A program made the position numbers and the translations under genes. Shown one piece after another: positions 20,407-30,432 of a stretch of 57,173 nt of DNA. Location of the stretch: the NCBI GenBank assembly GCA_046546095.1, contig JBKGYK010000005.1, positions 1 through 57,173 of the forward strand, given 5' to 3'. The DNA is from Bacteroidales bacterium (GTDB taxonomy: Bacteria > Bacteroidota > Bacteroidia > Bacteroidales > ML635J-15). The number at the start of each line of letters is the position of its first letter. Position 1 is the stretch's first letter. The notes below the pieces were generated by a model that worked only from the letters and a program-made list of their open reading frames with translations, had not been told where the DNA came from and made no database searches.

Positions 20407-20438
20407 AAAAAAGCCTCCATACATCGTGCAGGAGGCTT
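20407..20438 (-). terminator. Intrinsic terminator after frr
   Basis: Minus strand AAGCCTCC-loop-GGAGGC followed by TTTTTT. Confidence 0.85.
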
Positions 20439-20460
20439 CAGGTGTGATTTTATAAGGGAA

Positions 20461-21024
20461 TCAGATTGTCATGATTTCTTTTTCTTTTGTGCTCATCAGG
20501 TCTTCAGTTTTGCTGATGAAGTCATCATGCAGTTTTTGCACCTTTTGTTCATAATCTTTTCTGTTGTCTTCTGACAATCCTTGTTTTTCAAGGTTTTTTA
20601 GTTCGTCGTTTGCTTCCCTGCGACGGTTTCTGATGCTGATTTTAGCATTTTCACCCAGCATTTTCACTTTTTTGACAAGGTCTCTGCGGGTTTCTTCCGT
20701 AAGCGGTGGAATGTTTATTCTGATTACCTCACCGTTATTGGCAGGATTTAAGCCGATATTTGCTGCCATAATTGCTTTTTCAATCAACGGGATCATGCTT
20801 TTGTCCCATGGTTGAATCATAATTGTTTTGGCATCCGGAGTACTTAGATTTGATGCCTGATCCAGTGGTGTTAAGGTGCCGTAATAATCAACTTTAATGC
20901 CGTCCAGTATTCTAATATCGGCTTTGCCTGCACGCAGGTGTGAGTATTCGTTTTCAAGATGCTTAACTGCATCTTCCATGCCTTCTTTGGCAGTTTCCAG
21001 GGTTAATTGAGCTTCTTCGTCCAT
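20461..21024 (-). CDS. frr: Ribosome recycling factor
   Basis: LRAGKA, VDYYG, IQPWDK, IPPLTEETR, RNRRREAN. Confidence 0.97.
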   Translation of the reverse strand: MDEEAQLTLETAKEGMEDAVKHLENEYSHLRAGKADIRILDGIKVDYYGTLTPLDQASNLSTPDAKTIMIQPWDKSMIPLIEKAIMAANIGLNPANNGEVIRINIPPLTEETRRDLVKKVKMLGENAKISIRNRRREANDELKNLEKQGLSEDNRKDYEQKVQKLHDDFISKTEDLMSTKEKEIMTI

Positions 21025-21055
21025 ATCGTTTGTTTTTTTTAGGCTATAAAAATAC

Positions 21056-21763
21056 TTAATTGTGTATTAAAGTTCCAAATTTTGGGTCAGAAATAATATC
21101 AATCAGACGTCCCTTTTCATTCATATCAAACACAATGACAGGCAAATTGTTTTCCTGGCACATTGTGAAAGCGGTCAGATCCATAATGCTGAGTTTTTTT
21201 TGCCATGCTTCGGCAAAGGTAATTTCTTCGTATTTGACTGCTTCCGGATTTTTTTCGGGATCATCTGAATATACGCCATCCACCCTTGTGCCTTTGAGGA
21301 AGACATCTGCCTGAATTTCCAGGGCTCTGAGTGCTGATGCGGAGTCTGTGCTGAAATAGGGATTGCCTGTGCCGCCGGCAAGGATGGCAATGCCGTTGTT
21401 TTCAAGGTGCCGGATTACATTTCCAGCGTGGAAGCGAGGTCCTATGGCAGGCATTTCCACGGCTGTAAAAACTTTGGCATTGATATTTTCATTTTCCAAA
21501 GCAGACCTGAGTGCCAGGCTGTTGATTGTTGTGGCAAGCATTCCCATCTGGTCGCCTGTGACCCTGTCAAAACCACTGTCAATTCCGGCCAGGCCACGAA
21601 ATATATTGCCACCACCGATAACAATGGCAGTTTGAATACCTTTTTTTTGCAATCCTGCGATATCCTGCACATACTGTTTGATCCGCTCACTGGAAATACC
21701 ATATTGCTCCGATCCCATCAGGGATTCCCCGGACAGTTTTAATAAAACACGCTCAATTTTCAT
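21056..21763 (-). CDS. pyrH: UMP kinase
   Basis: LLKLSGESL, GGGNIFRG, GTGNPYFSTDS, VDGVYSDDP. Confidence 0.97.
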   Translation of the reverse strand: MKIERVLLKLSGESLMGSEQYGISSERIKQYVQDIAGLQKKGIQTAIVIGGGNIFRGLAGIDSGFDRVTGDQMGMLATTINSLALRSALENENINAKVFTAVEMPAIGPRFHAGNVIRHLENNGIAILAGGTGNPYFSTDSASALRALEIQADVFLKGTRVDGVYSDDPEKNPEAVKYEEITFAEAWQKKLSIMDLTAFTMCQENNLPVIVFDMNEKGRLIDIISDPKFGTLIHN

Positions 21764-21786
21764 CGTAGATACTTTGATGTAAAGAT

Positions 21787-21820
21787 AAAAAAAAAGAGGG
21801 CCAGATAAAAGCCCCCTTTG
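21787..21820 (-). terminator. Intrinsic terminator after tsf
   Basis: Minus strand AAAGGGGGC-loop-GCCCTCTTT followed by a T run. Confidence 0.75.
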
Positions 21821-21840
21821 ATAATTCCTTATTCGTGAAA

Positions 21841-22665
21841 TTATGATAATGACCAGCGTTTGAATTCTTCGATGGTGAGTCCATTATCGTATTCTTTCAG
21901 ATATTCAGTGATTGTCTTTTTGTTGTCACGGACGAAGGGCTGATTAAGCAAGGTGTTTTCCTTGAGGAATTTGCCTACTTTACCCATAGCAATTTTGTCG
22001 ACAATGTTTTCAGGTTTGCCTTCGTTGAGGGCTTGCTGACGTCCGATTTCTTTTTCTTTTTCAATAATTTCCTGCGAAACACGGTCTTTGTCCACAGCAA
22101 TTGGATTCATTGCAGCTACCTGCATGGCCACGTTTTTAATCACTTCGTGGTCAGCTTTTTGGTTGGCAGCAACGATGGTACCAATTTTATTGTTCATGTG
22201 GATATAAGCAGCAACATAAGGAGCTTCCAGTATATCGTAATAACCGATTTCAACTTTTTCACCGGTTACACCACTCATGTTTTTCACCTGGTCAATAACT
22301 TTTTTGCCATCAAGTTCTAGTTCATTGAGCTCGTCCTGGTTTTTGGGTTTTTTCTCCAGAGCAAGATCAGCGAGTTGATGAGCAAATTTCACAAAGTCCT
22401 CATTTTTAGCCACAAAGTCAGTTTCACAATTCAGGCATACAATCACGCCTGTTTTTGCGTCGTCTGAAGTTTTGGCGATCACAGCACCTTCTGTAGCTTC
22501 GCGTTCTGAGCGTTTGTTGGCAATAGCCTGACCTCTTTCGCGAATAACTTCTTTTGCTTTTTCAAAATCACCTTCGGCTTCGGTAAGGGCTTTTTTGCAG
22601 TCCATCATACCTGCGCCGGTAATTTTACGTAATTTGGCAACGTCTGAAGCAGAAATTTTAGCCAT
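21841..22665 (-). CDS. tsf: Elongation factor Ts
   Basis: LRKITGAGMMDCKKAL, NCETDFVA. Confidence 0.98.
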   Translation of the reverse strand: MAKISASDVAKLRKITGAGMMDCKKALTEAEGDFEKAKEVIRERGQAIANKRSEREATEGAVIAKTSDDAKTGVIVCLNCETDFVAKNEDFVKFAHQLADLALEKKPKNQDELNELELDGKKVIDQVKNMSGVTGEKVEIGYYDILEAPYVAAYIHMNNKIGTIVAANQKADHEVIKNVAMQVAAMNPIAVDKDRVSQEIIEKEKEIGRQQALNEGKPENIVDKIAMGKVGKFLKENTLLNQPFVRDNKKTITEYLKEYDNGLTIEEFKRWSLS

Positions 22666-22698
22666 TGTTTATTGAGATTTAAAATAGATTAGACAAAA

Positions 22699-23565
22699 TT
22701 ATTTTTCTTCTTTTTCACTTTTAGCATCGTCTTTGGCCTCTTCCTGTTGAGGTTTTGTGGGTTCAGACTTTGCTTCTTCGGGTTTTTCAACCTTGGCTGA
22801 TGTTTTCCGGGTTCTGGTTTTTTCCGGTTTTTCAGTTTGTTCTGTTTTCTTTTCAGAAGCAGCTTTTTCCTTATCCGCTTTTCTTTCATCCAGACCTTCC
22901 TGAATGGCCTCACAGACTTTACGCATAACCAGATCAATTGATTTTGATGCATCATCGTTGGCGGGAATGGGAAAGTCAACAGGCACAGGATCAGAGTTGG
23001 TATCAACAATACCGAAAATAGGTATATTCAGTTTTTTGGCTTCCCGAACAGCAATATATTCTTTGGATACATCTACGGCAAAAATTGCAGCCGGAAGTCT
23101 GTTGAGGTCTGAAATACTACCCAGTGTTTTTTCGAGTTTGGCACGTTGACGTTCAATCTGCAGGCGCTCACGTTTCGAAAGCTGGTCGAAAGTACCGTCG
23201 GTAAGGCTTTTGTCAATGGACACCATTTTTTTCACAGCACGACGGATGGTGGGGAAGTTTGTGAGAGTTCCACCGGCCCAGCGTTCTGTAATATAGGGCA
23301 TGTTGACTGATTTGACGTGTTCAGAAACGATGTCTTTGGCTTGTTTTTTGGTTGCTACAAACAGGATTTTACGTCCGGATTTTGCGATCTGTTTGAGAGC
23401 ATTGGCAGCTTCATCAAGTTTTGCTACTGTTTTGTGCAAGTCAATGATATGAATTCCGTTGCGCTCCATAAAGATATATGGGGCCATGTTTGGATTCCAT
23501 TTGCGTTTAAGGTGACCAAAATGTACACCTGCTTCCAGTAATTCTTCGAAATTTGTTCTTGGCAT
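22699..23565 (-). CDS. rpsB: 30S ribosomal protein S2
   Basis: LLEAGVHFGH, WNPNMAPYIF, RWAGGTLTN, DTNSDP, PANDDA. Confidence 0.98.
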   Translation of the reverse strand: MPRTNFEELLEAGVHFGHLKRKWNPNMAPYIFMERNGIHIIDLHKTVAKLDEAANALKQIAKSGRKILFVATKKQAKDIVSEHVKSVNMPYITERWAGGTLTNFPTIRRAVKKMVSIDKSLTDGTFDQLSKRERLQIERQRAKLEKTLGSISDLNRLPAAIFAVDVSKEYIAVREAKKLNIPIFGIVDTNSDPVPVDFPIPANDDASKSIDLVMRKVCEAIQEGLDERKADKEKAASEKKTEQTEKPEKTRTRKTSAKVEKPEEAKSEPTKPQQEEAKDDAKSEKEEK

Positions 23566-23678
23566 GTTTTAAATTTTTGTTTACATTCTTTTATTACTAC
23601 AACCGACAGGTAGTCTGAGGTTGAGAGTCCTGTCAGTTTAGATACTAAACAAAATACATTGTTTAAGCAGCTAAACTT

Positions 23679-24065
23679 TTAACGTTTACTAAACTGATAT
23701 TTTTTACGGGCTTTTTTCTGTCCCGGTTTTTTACGTTCTACAGCACGGGGATCACGTGTGAGCATGCTATCAGGCTTGAGTTTGGCATGATGTTCAGGAT
23801 CCACTTTTACCAGAGCACGGGCAATGGCCAGTCTGATGGCATCGGCCTGACCTGCAAGTCCACCGCCGTGGACAGTGATTTTAAGATCAAAGCTGCCTGT
23901 TGTTTCAGTGAGTTCAAACGGCTTAAGAGCCATATCCTGATGCTGTTTGAGCGGGAAATAATTTTCCAGATCACGTTTGTTGATTGTGATGTTACCTTTA
24001 CCGCTGCTCATGTAAATTCTTGCAACAGAGGATTTTCTGCGTCCGATTGTGTTAATTATATCCAT
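23679..24065 (-). CDS. rpsI: 30S ribosomal protein S9
   Basis: GRRKSSVAR, GGGLAGQA, ERKKPG..KARK..QFSKR. Confidence 0.98.
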   Translation of the reverse strand: MDIINTIGRRKSSVARIYMSSGKGNITINKRDLENYFPLKQHQDMALKPFELTETTGSFDLKITVHGGGLAGQADAIRLAIARALVKVDPEHHAKLKPDSMLTRDPRAVERKKPGQKKARKKYQFSKR

Positions 24066-24070
24066 ATACT

Positions 24071-24526
24071 TTATTTAATGCTGTTTAAATCAAGTTTTTG
24101 TGGTTTCTGAGCTTTTTGATCATGTTCAGGACCTACATACACATGCATGTTTTTGAAAATTTTTCTTCCCAGGCGGTTGTGTGGTAACATTCCACGTACT
24201 GCGTTTTCAACCAATCTGTGAGGTTGTTTCCTCAGGATTTCTTCAGGGTTGGTAACACGCTGACCACCGGGATAACCTGTGTGACGAACATAGGTTTTGT
24301 CAGTCATTTTTTTGCCGGAAAGTTTAACTTTCTCTGCATTAATAATAATTACATTGTCTCCACAATCCACATGGGGTGTGAAATCCGGCTTGTGTTTGCC
24401 TCTGAGAACCACGGCAACTCTGGAGGCCAGACGGCCCAGCACCTCATCGGTAGCATCAACAATAAACCAATCTTTCCGGACGGTTTCTTTATTTGCCGAT
24501 TTTGTTTTGTAACTTAATGTATCCAC
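24071..24526 (-). CDS. rplM: 50S ribosomal protein L13
   Basis: GTG start giving MDTLSYKT; LGRLAS, GKHKPDFTPHVDCGD, HTGYPGG; TATTTTTG box at 24587-24594. Confidence 0.97.
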   Translation of the reverse strand: MDTLSYKTKSANKETVRKDWFIVDATDEVLGRLASRVAVVLRGKHKPDFTPHVDCGDNVIIINAEKVKLSGKKMTDKTYVRHTGYPGGQRVTNPEEILRKQPHRLVENAVRGMLPHNRLGRKIFKNMHVYVGPEHDQKAQKPQKLDLNSIK

Positions 24527-24697
24527 AATTTTTCCTTTTTCGTTTAAAATCAATTAATTATAAGGACACGTCGACCAAACGGATTGCAAAAATACTATGA
24601 AAAATTGATATCAGCAAACCTTATTAACAAATAATTTGTTGATAACTTGCAAAAAATGAGGGGTTCCGGATTTTACCGGGACATTTGGTTCAGAAAC

Positions 24698-25012
24698 TTA
24701 CTGATTCACCGGTCCGATTTTGTTTTCAACGGACTCGATTTTTGTTTTTAATCTGCCAATGGGTTTATTGGTCTGTATATCAAAATTAACCACAGAATAT
24801 ACACGCTCACAATCCCCGGAAAGCGTGGCATAGGCTTTGTCAAGTACCTGAAGTGCTTCCGGCATGGTTTCCGTTTCGAAAATGGTGCCCATGGCACTAA
24901 GTTTATAATTTATTTCACTGTTTTTTAGCATTTCAAGAATACGGCTAACATAAGGACTTACACTGCTGCCTTTGTCGGTAGGGAACATTGCGAAACTTAC
25001 AAGAACTGACAT
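24698..25012 (-). CDS. MTH1187 family thiamine-binding protein
   Basis: FAMFP..SVSPYV...YKLSAMGTIFE...RVY; about 100 aa. Confidence 0.8.
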   Translation of the reverse strand: MSVLVSFAMFPTDKGSSVSPYVSRILEMLKNSEINYKLSAMGTIFETETMPEALQVLDKAYATLSGDCERVYSVVNFDIQTNKPIGRLKTKIESVENKIGPVNQ

Positions 25013-25024
25013 ATTGCATTGTTT

Positions 25025-26407
25025 TTATGGTGAGAAAACTGATCTTTTGATATCCTGAAAATTTTTCCGTAAAATGACATTGGCTCCTTCCTGATATGCT
25101 TCGTCACAGGCTTCGGTATTTGTGTTTCCATACCCTTTGATTCTGTTTTCATTTTTGCGGTACATCATTCGCTTATCCTTATCGAGAACAGTGAGGGTAT
25201 AATGGAGTATGGCAGTTTTTTGATAGGAATTGGTTGTGGCCCTTTCTGTGTTACTTTCCACCCTGATAATAAAATCTGCATCTGCCTGAGAATCACTGAT
25301 TCGCATGTTGTTTTCGGCCATAGCCTGCAAGATGGCATTATACAGCACCTTGCTTTCACTTTGCCTGCCCAGGCTGTTTTCCCGGCTTTCAACATATATC
25401 AGCGGGGACTTAATCCGGATGTCTAAAGTATAGCCCGGGGGAGGGATTTTTTTAACCAAAGTACGGATAAATATATCTCTGGTAAGTCGTGAAATGCTTA
25501 GCATATCTAACTCCACAGAGAGTTTTTCCCGCTGATTGTTGGAATAAATTCTGTTCAATGCCGGTTGCAGCTCGCCGTCGCGGTTGCTTGTCAGCCTGTT
25601 GTCAATCAGGCCGGAGCCGGTAAAGTTGAGCTTAAATGGCAGGTTGGGCAGAGCGTTTCCTTCCTTGTTACTCACATGCATGGTCAGCAAGTCCGGATTG
25701 ATTGATTTCCCGCTGGTTACTGAAATTGGATTCACGGGTGTACTGATGGTAATCTCGTTTAATGTATTCACCAAATCCCGGTAGATGGCAGTGCCCAAAT
25801 CTACCGGCTTCCCGTCAATTTTTGTACTGGTGCTTTCGGCAAGGTACTCAGATATGTCTGAAAATGCATCAATGTACATGTGGATGGCTTCATAAATCTG
25901 GTTTTCTGTTCTGATGTCCCTTGCCTGAAGGTATTTATCTTTGGCTTTGTTTATGGCAGCCAGTTTCTTTTCAGCCACTTGCTGCTGATAGTCCATTTTG
26001 GAGAGCCGGATATAAACCCAGTAGTATTCATCTCCTTCCCAGGTATCAACGGTTTCATATCCTTCAAGATTCTTATCACTGGAGGCCTTGATGGTTCGCT
26101 GGTAGTTTTCGCTTAGGTTGTAATCGGTTTCCAGTGTTGATATTACAGAACTGGATGATATATTGACGGAGATTTCACTGGACAAATCGTTCAGAGCAGC
26201 GTTTTTTGCATTTTGCTGATAGGCGTTGGGTGACAATCCAGATTTATTTGCGGAGCCTATGCCAACATAATACACGTCGGTTTGGGGCCTTTGAAGTGCC
26301 CAGGAGGGCTTGGATTCTGAGCTTTTTGAACCATTCCTGAAAATCGCACAGGAGCTCAGACCTGTCAGGGTAAATAAAAGCAGATATGTAAAAATTCTTC
26401 TCATCAT
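25025..26407 (-). CDS. LPP20-domain lipoprotein
   Basis: Lipobox LSSC; KPSWA..YYVGIGS...AKNAALNDLSSEISVNISS matches LPP20-type N-domain; further Ig-like and alpha/beta regions. Confidence 0.72.
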   Translation of the reverse strand: MMRRIFTYLLLFTLTGLSSCAIFRNGSKSSESKPSWALQRPQTDVYYVGIGSANKSGLSPNAYQQNAKNAALNDLSSEISVNISSSSVISTLETDYNLSENYQRTIKASSDKNLEGYETVDTWEGDEYYWVYIRLSKMDYQQQVAEKKLAAINKAKDKYLQARDIRTENQIYEAIHMYIDAFSDISEYLAESTSTKIDGKPVDLGTAIYRDLVNTLNEITISTPVNPISVTSGKSINPDLLTMHVSNKEGNALPNLPFKLNFTGSGLIDNRLTSNRDGELQPALNRIYSNNQREKLSVELDMLSISRLTRDIFIRTLVKKIPPPGYTLDIRIKSPLIYVESRENSLGRQSESKVLYNAILQAMAENNMRISDSQADADFIIRVESNTERATTNSYQKTAILHYTLTVLDKDKRMMYRKNENRIKGYGNTNTEACDEAYQEGANVILRKNFQDIKRSVFSP

Positions 26408-27762
26408 TCAGGGTTGTAATCGTTAACGGCTGTTGCCGCTTTGTTGGTAATCACCTCCATCAGCTCGTTCGTCAGAGTTTCATATGTTTTGATTTTTTTG
26501 CGGGCAGAAAGAAGTCTGTGTAAGTTGCGTAGTGAATTTCTGTCCGTTTTAATTACATCTTCTTCACTTTTGGAATGCTTGTTTTTCCAGTAACCTGGAA
26601 CAAGGTTCTTTTTCTTACCATCATAATCAGCATAATGCAAATGGTCTTTCTGTGTCTGATTGATGTTTCTGGTGATAATGATTTCATTGTTTTTGGTATC
26701 CACCAACTGAAAATTGAAATCTATGCTTACACCACGGCTCATACTGTATTCTTCATAACTTACTTTTTCATAGCGGGTTCTGGTTTTTGTGTTTCCCTCA
26801 TCATCTTTGTAGCTTGTTACAACTTTCAGGTAGCCGGGTTTTGTTTCTTTTTTCAAACGACCCATGTCATAGTTGTACGATAAAACATGTCCGGTCAGGA
26901 TGGCATCGGGCTGTATGTTTTTATTCTTTGAGTCTCTCACTGATCTGCTGCGACTGCTTTTTGTTTCGTACTGAACAACTTTGATAAATGGATTGTCAGA
27001 TTGATTGAGTGCCTGGATAATCTGGCTTTTTAACTGCTCATCAATCTTCTGATTCTTTGTGCTGTTTTTGAAATCATCCACACCTATTCTGATGGTGGCT
27101 TTGTCCAGGGCTTCGGCTTTAAGATCTGATGCATCTTTATAATCACCGTAATTTTTCAAAACATCGTCAAAAAGATAGTAGGCACTGCGGTATTTGCCTT
27201 TTCCCAGGTTTTTCATGCCATTGCGGTATTTTGGTTCGTATATGGCAACCTTTAGTTTTTCTGTGGCATCTTTGTAATTTTTGTCAATTTCACAAATTTC
27301 CCGGAATACCTCTTCTGCTTTTCCAAACTCATCATTGTTGAGAAATTTTTCGCCGTCGAAATATTTATCCTCAAGATATGTGCCTTTCACCTCATTATAA
27401 TATTCCTCATAATAGGGAGGCACCGTAAGTTCTATGCCCACTGAGTTTAGTTTTTTCTCATAATCGCGGGCTTCCAGGTAATAATAAACAGCTTGTTTAT
27501 TGTTGCCCTGGTCGTATGCTTTTGTGAATTCACTGAATTTACTGTCAACTACCCGCTGGCCTGTGCGTTTTAGTCCCAGCCGTGCATCTATAAAAGTGCT
27601 TTTCTTTAAAACGGATTGATAATAAAGTTCAGACGCCTCAGTGTACATGCCTTTTTCTTCAAATTCTGATGCCTTTTTAGCCAGGCGTTTATGGGCACAT
27701 GAACTTACTAAGCCGACCATTAATGCAAAAAATATGAGCTTGGTAATAGTTTTCATAGGCAT
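26404..27762 (-). CDS. TPR-repeat lipoprotein with CsgG/TolB_N-like C-terminal domain
   Basis: Lipobox VSSC; helical repeats ending in YKDA; RIGVDDFKN...DAILTGHV...FQLVD; start at 27762 or 27756. Confidence 0.65.
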   Translation of the reverse strand: MPMKTITKLIFFALMVGLVSSCAHKRLAKKASEFEEKGMYTEASELYYQSVLKKSTFIDARLGLKRTGQRVVDSKFSEFTKAYDQGNNKQAVYYYLEARDYEKKLNSVGIELTVPPYYEEYYNEVKGTYLEDKYFDGEKFLNNDEFGKAEEVFREICEIDKNYKDATEKLKVAIYEPKYRNGMKNLGKGKYRSAYYLFDDVLKNYGDYKDASDLKAEALDKATIRIGVDDFKNSTKNQKIDEQLKSQIIQALNQSDNPFIKVVQYETKSSRSRSVRDSKNKNIQPDAILTGHVLSYNYDMGRLKKETKPGYLKVVTSYKDDEGNTKTRTRYEKVSYEEYSMSRGVSIDFNFQLVDTKNNEIIITRNINQTQKDHLHYADYDGKKKNLVPGYWKNKHSKSEEDVIKTDRNSLRNLHRLLSARKKIKTYETLTNELMEVITNKAATAVNDYNPE

Positions 27763-27833
27763 GGTTTATTTTGTTGTAAAAGTAAAATTATTCTATTTCT
27801 CATCAAAAAAATGTTTCACTTCTGTTTTCCCTG

Positions 27834-30407
27834 TCAGTGTAAAATGTCGTTGCCTGTTGACAATAAAGCTTTGTCGTGTTTGCTGTTATAATCTAACAGC
27901 ATGTCTCCGTTGCTCCTGAATATCTTCAAGCTGTATAAGGGGTGAGTTCGGAATAATGATTTGTAGGCGCCCCCGTTCAGGAATTCCAGCCTGACATTTC
28001 CACTGTAATAATGCTGTATTTTAATATTGCTGCCATGGGAAATGATGATTGGTCCCAGTGCAATACTACCTTTATCATGGAGGTGAATTGTCATGATGTC
28101 ATCACGGTATTCGATGTTATCAATTTTTTTCAGATTACTGTTTAGCCCGGCATGTTTGGTGGAGAAATCAGGATTGAAGGCATTCAGGCTTGCGATGATT
28201 TCCTTGCCTTTAATATCTCTGCCAATGCTGTGTAAGCTGTTTAGAAATGCCATGATTCCGGTGACGGATTTGTGATATGCCTGCTTTTTGTACGCATCGC
28301 TACTGTTTTTCCACAATTTGGCCATTTCATAGGGGGTCATGTGTTTGTGCGTTTTACTTTCAAGATAAACAGGGCTTTTGCTCAAAGCCATTAATTTCAG
28401 GCTGCCATCAGGTTTGATTTGTAGTGATTGTTTTTCCTGTATTTCTGCCGGATTGATTTTACCGCTGTATAGTTCTTTGCCACCGGCATCGAGTTGCCAG
28501 TTGATAGCCCGGCTTTCTCCTGTAGAAACCGTTTTAAACCAGTCTGCCTCCAATTGCAGATTATACCCTGCAGCAAATAGATTCTCCTTATCGCCGTCCA
28601 GGGTTTTGCCACCCACGAAGACTTTATTATCATGAACAATGATGCTTTCCGGGCTGACAATTTCTGATTTGTCAATGCTGATGCCATTGATAAGCTGACC
28701 CTCCGGGGTGAAAGACGCCACAAAACCTGCCCGTTTGTTGTTTGCGCTGAGTTTTTGCTGATCCAGATTCAGGGTATTGTTAAATGATCCGCAGAAATAA
28801 ATGTTCCCGGCAGCATCTGTGGCGGAACCCTGGCTGATGCTGTTTCTGAATCCGCCGTTGCTGTATATTCGTGCCCATATGTTTTCAATGATTTGTGGCT
28901 GATTCTCATCACGGGCCATATCAATGATGGTGAACTTGCTGTTTTCATACTGTGGCATACAGGCACCCACAGGTGCTCCAATATATGATGGATCGCAGAT
29001 TGTCCAGGTTTTTCCTTTATGCTCAAAATGATGTCCTTTTGTATTGCTATCAAATGCTACTGCTGTGGAGATGTGCCCGGGATAGTCAAGGCCAATAATA
29101 TCCAGTGAGGTAAATTCTCTGATGAGCCATGCAAATAAAACAGACCTGTCTTCACAGTCAGCATAGGGATACATGAATACCTCGTCAGCAAAGAAAAACT
29201 TTTCGTAACCGAATTGTTCCTGGTCCGTTTGGTAATCAAAGTTCTGCTGTACAAAATCCAGCAGGATGCCTGCCCTTGCTCTGTCAGTTTTGTTTTTTAG
29301 CAGGGGCTCAAAGTGGTCGATAAGGGATTCACGGGTGAGGGGAGACAGGCCGGAATTGAAAAACAGTTTTATTTCTGACTGGGGAAAATCATCATAAAGC
29401 TCCCTAAGATTGTTGTTGTATGCGATCTTGATTTTTTTCCGGTTGTTATCAATATTGCTTGTTTTGATATCCAGAGGCAGGGTAGGAGGCTGATACATTG
29501 TCAGGTCGAATATGTCATCTGCTCCGGGATAATCGGCAGTATAGGTTTTTACTGACCTTAGCTCCGGGTTGGTAATATAATAATCGTCCCCATTGAATGA
29601 ATAATAGGGGAGTTCGAATATTTTTTGTTTACTGGGAATCATCAGGCCAATAATATCATCATGATAAGCAATTTTTGCTTTGTATCCCGATTTTATCAGC
29701 AAAAACCACTGGAGAAGAGTTTTTTCCCGCTCCGTTACAGCAATGACAGACGCCAGCTTCTCACAGAGTTTCATGTATGCCCAGTCATTGAGATTGTATT
29801 TGTCATGGGTTTCAACCAAAGACTCCAGCAATGGGTAGTAACCGGTTTTACTGAGGGTTTCAAAATATGCTGAAATCATCTCAGGCTTATTGGTGCTGCC
29901 TGGGTTTTGATGCATTTCCGGGTCGTAATGAAAGCGCTGCTTTGTGCCATAGAAATCAAATTCTGCTGTTTTGAGTCTTGCTTCCGGTTTGATTTCAGTG
30001 ATTTCGGGTAATCTGATTTCGGGTCTGGTGTTTTCCGGTTTTTGGGCTACAGTTTGACCGGGTGAAACTCCGGGTTGGGTGTATTCCCTGAATTGCATTT
30101 CCGGGATAAGAACTTCTTTTACCGATTGTTTTTCCGGTGTAAACCGTGGTATTTTTTCGGGACCGGGAACACGGATTTGCTTGCGGCCTTTCATCAGCTC
30201 AATATTTTTTATTTCTTCTTTCAGATAGGCTGCAAAATCTTTATCCCGCTCCTCTACAAATTTTCTGAAGTTGTCACGTTCCTGATTTTTGAAATCCTCA
30301 AAATCCTGCTGCATGGCCTCAAGTTCTTCCTTTGTCTGAGAAAAGGAATTGTGGGTGCAGAAAGATATTGTAGTAATAAGTGTCAGTACAATCAATGCCT
30401 GTTTCAT
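27834..30407 (-). CDS. Secreted protein with transglutaminase/papain-like Cys-His-Asp core and uncharacterised C-terminal domains
   Basis: Start moved to MKQALIV; signal peptide; YADCEDRSVLF, YPGHISTAV, ICDPSY; SBBP-like ATDAAGNIYFCGSF. Confidence 0.65.
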   Translation of the reverse strand: MKQALIVLTLITTISFCTHNSFSQTKEELEAMQQDFEDFKNQERDNFRKFVEERDKDFAAYLKEEIKNIELMKGRKQIRVPGPEKIPRFTPEKQSVKEVLIPEMQFREYTQPGVSPGQTVAQKPENTRPEIRLPEITEIKPEARLKTAEFDFYGTKQRFHYDPEMHQNPGSTNKPEMISAYFETLSKTGYYPLLESLVETHDKYNLNDWAYMKLCEKLASVIAVTEREKTLLQWFLLIKSGYKAKIAYHDDIIGLMIPSKQKIFELPYYSFNGDDYYITNPELRSVKTYTADYPGADDIFDLTMYQPPTLPLDIKTSNIDNNRKKIKIAYNNNLRELYDDFPQSEIKLFFNSGLSPLTRESLIDHFEPLLKNKTDRARAGILLDFVQQNFDYQTDQEQFGYEKFFFADEVFMYPYADCEDRSVLFAWLIREFTSLDIIGLDYPGHISTAVAFDSNTKGHHFEHKGKTWTICDPSYIGAPVGACMPQYENSKFTIIDMARDENQPQIIENIWARIYSNGGFRNSISQGSATDAAGNIYFCGSFNNTLNLDQQKLSANNKRAGFVASFTPEGQLINGISIDKSEIVSPESIIVHDNKVFVGGKTLDGDKENLFAAGYNLQLEADWFKTVSTGESRAINWQLDAGGKELYSGKINPAEIQEKQSLQIKPDGSLKLMALSKSPVYLESKTHKHMTPYEMAKLWKNSSDAYKKQAYHKSVTGIMAFLNSLHSIGRDIKGKEIIASLNAFNPDFSTKHAGLNSNLKKIDNIEYRDDIMTIHLHDKGSIALGPIIISHGSNIKIQHYYSGNVRLEFLNGGAYKSLFRTHPLYSLKIFRSNGDMLLDYNSKHDKALLSTGNDILH

Positions 30408-30432
30408 TGTATTTGATTTTTTTTGTCTTAGG

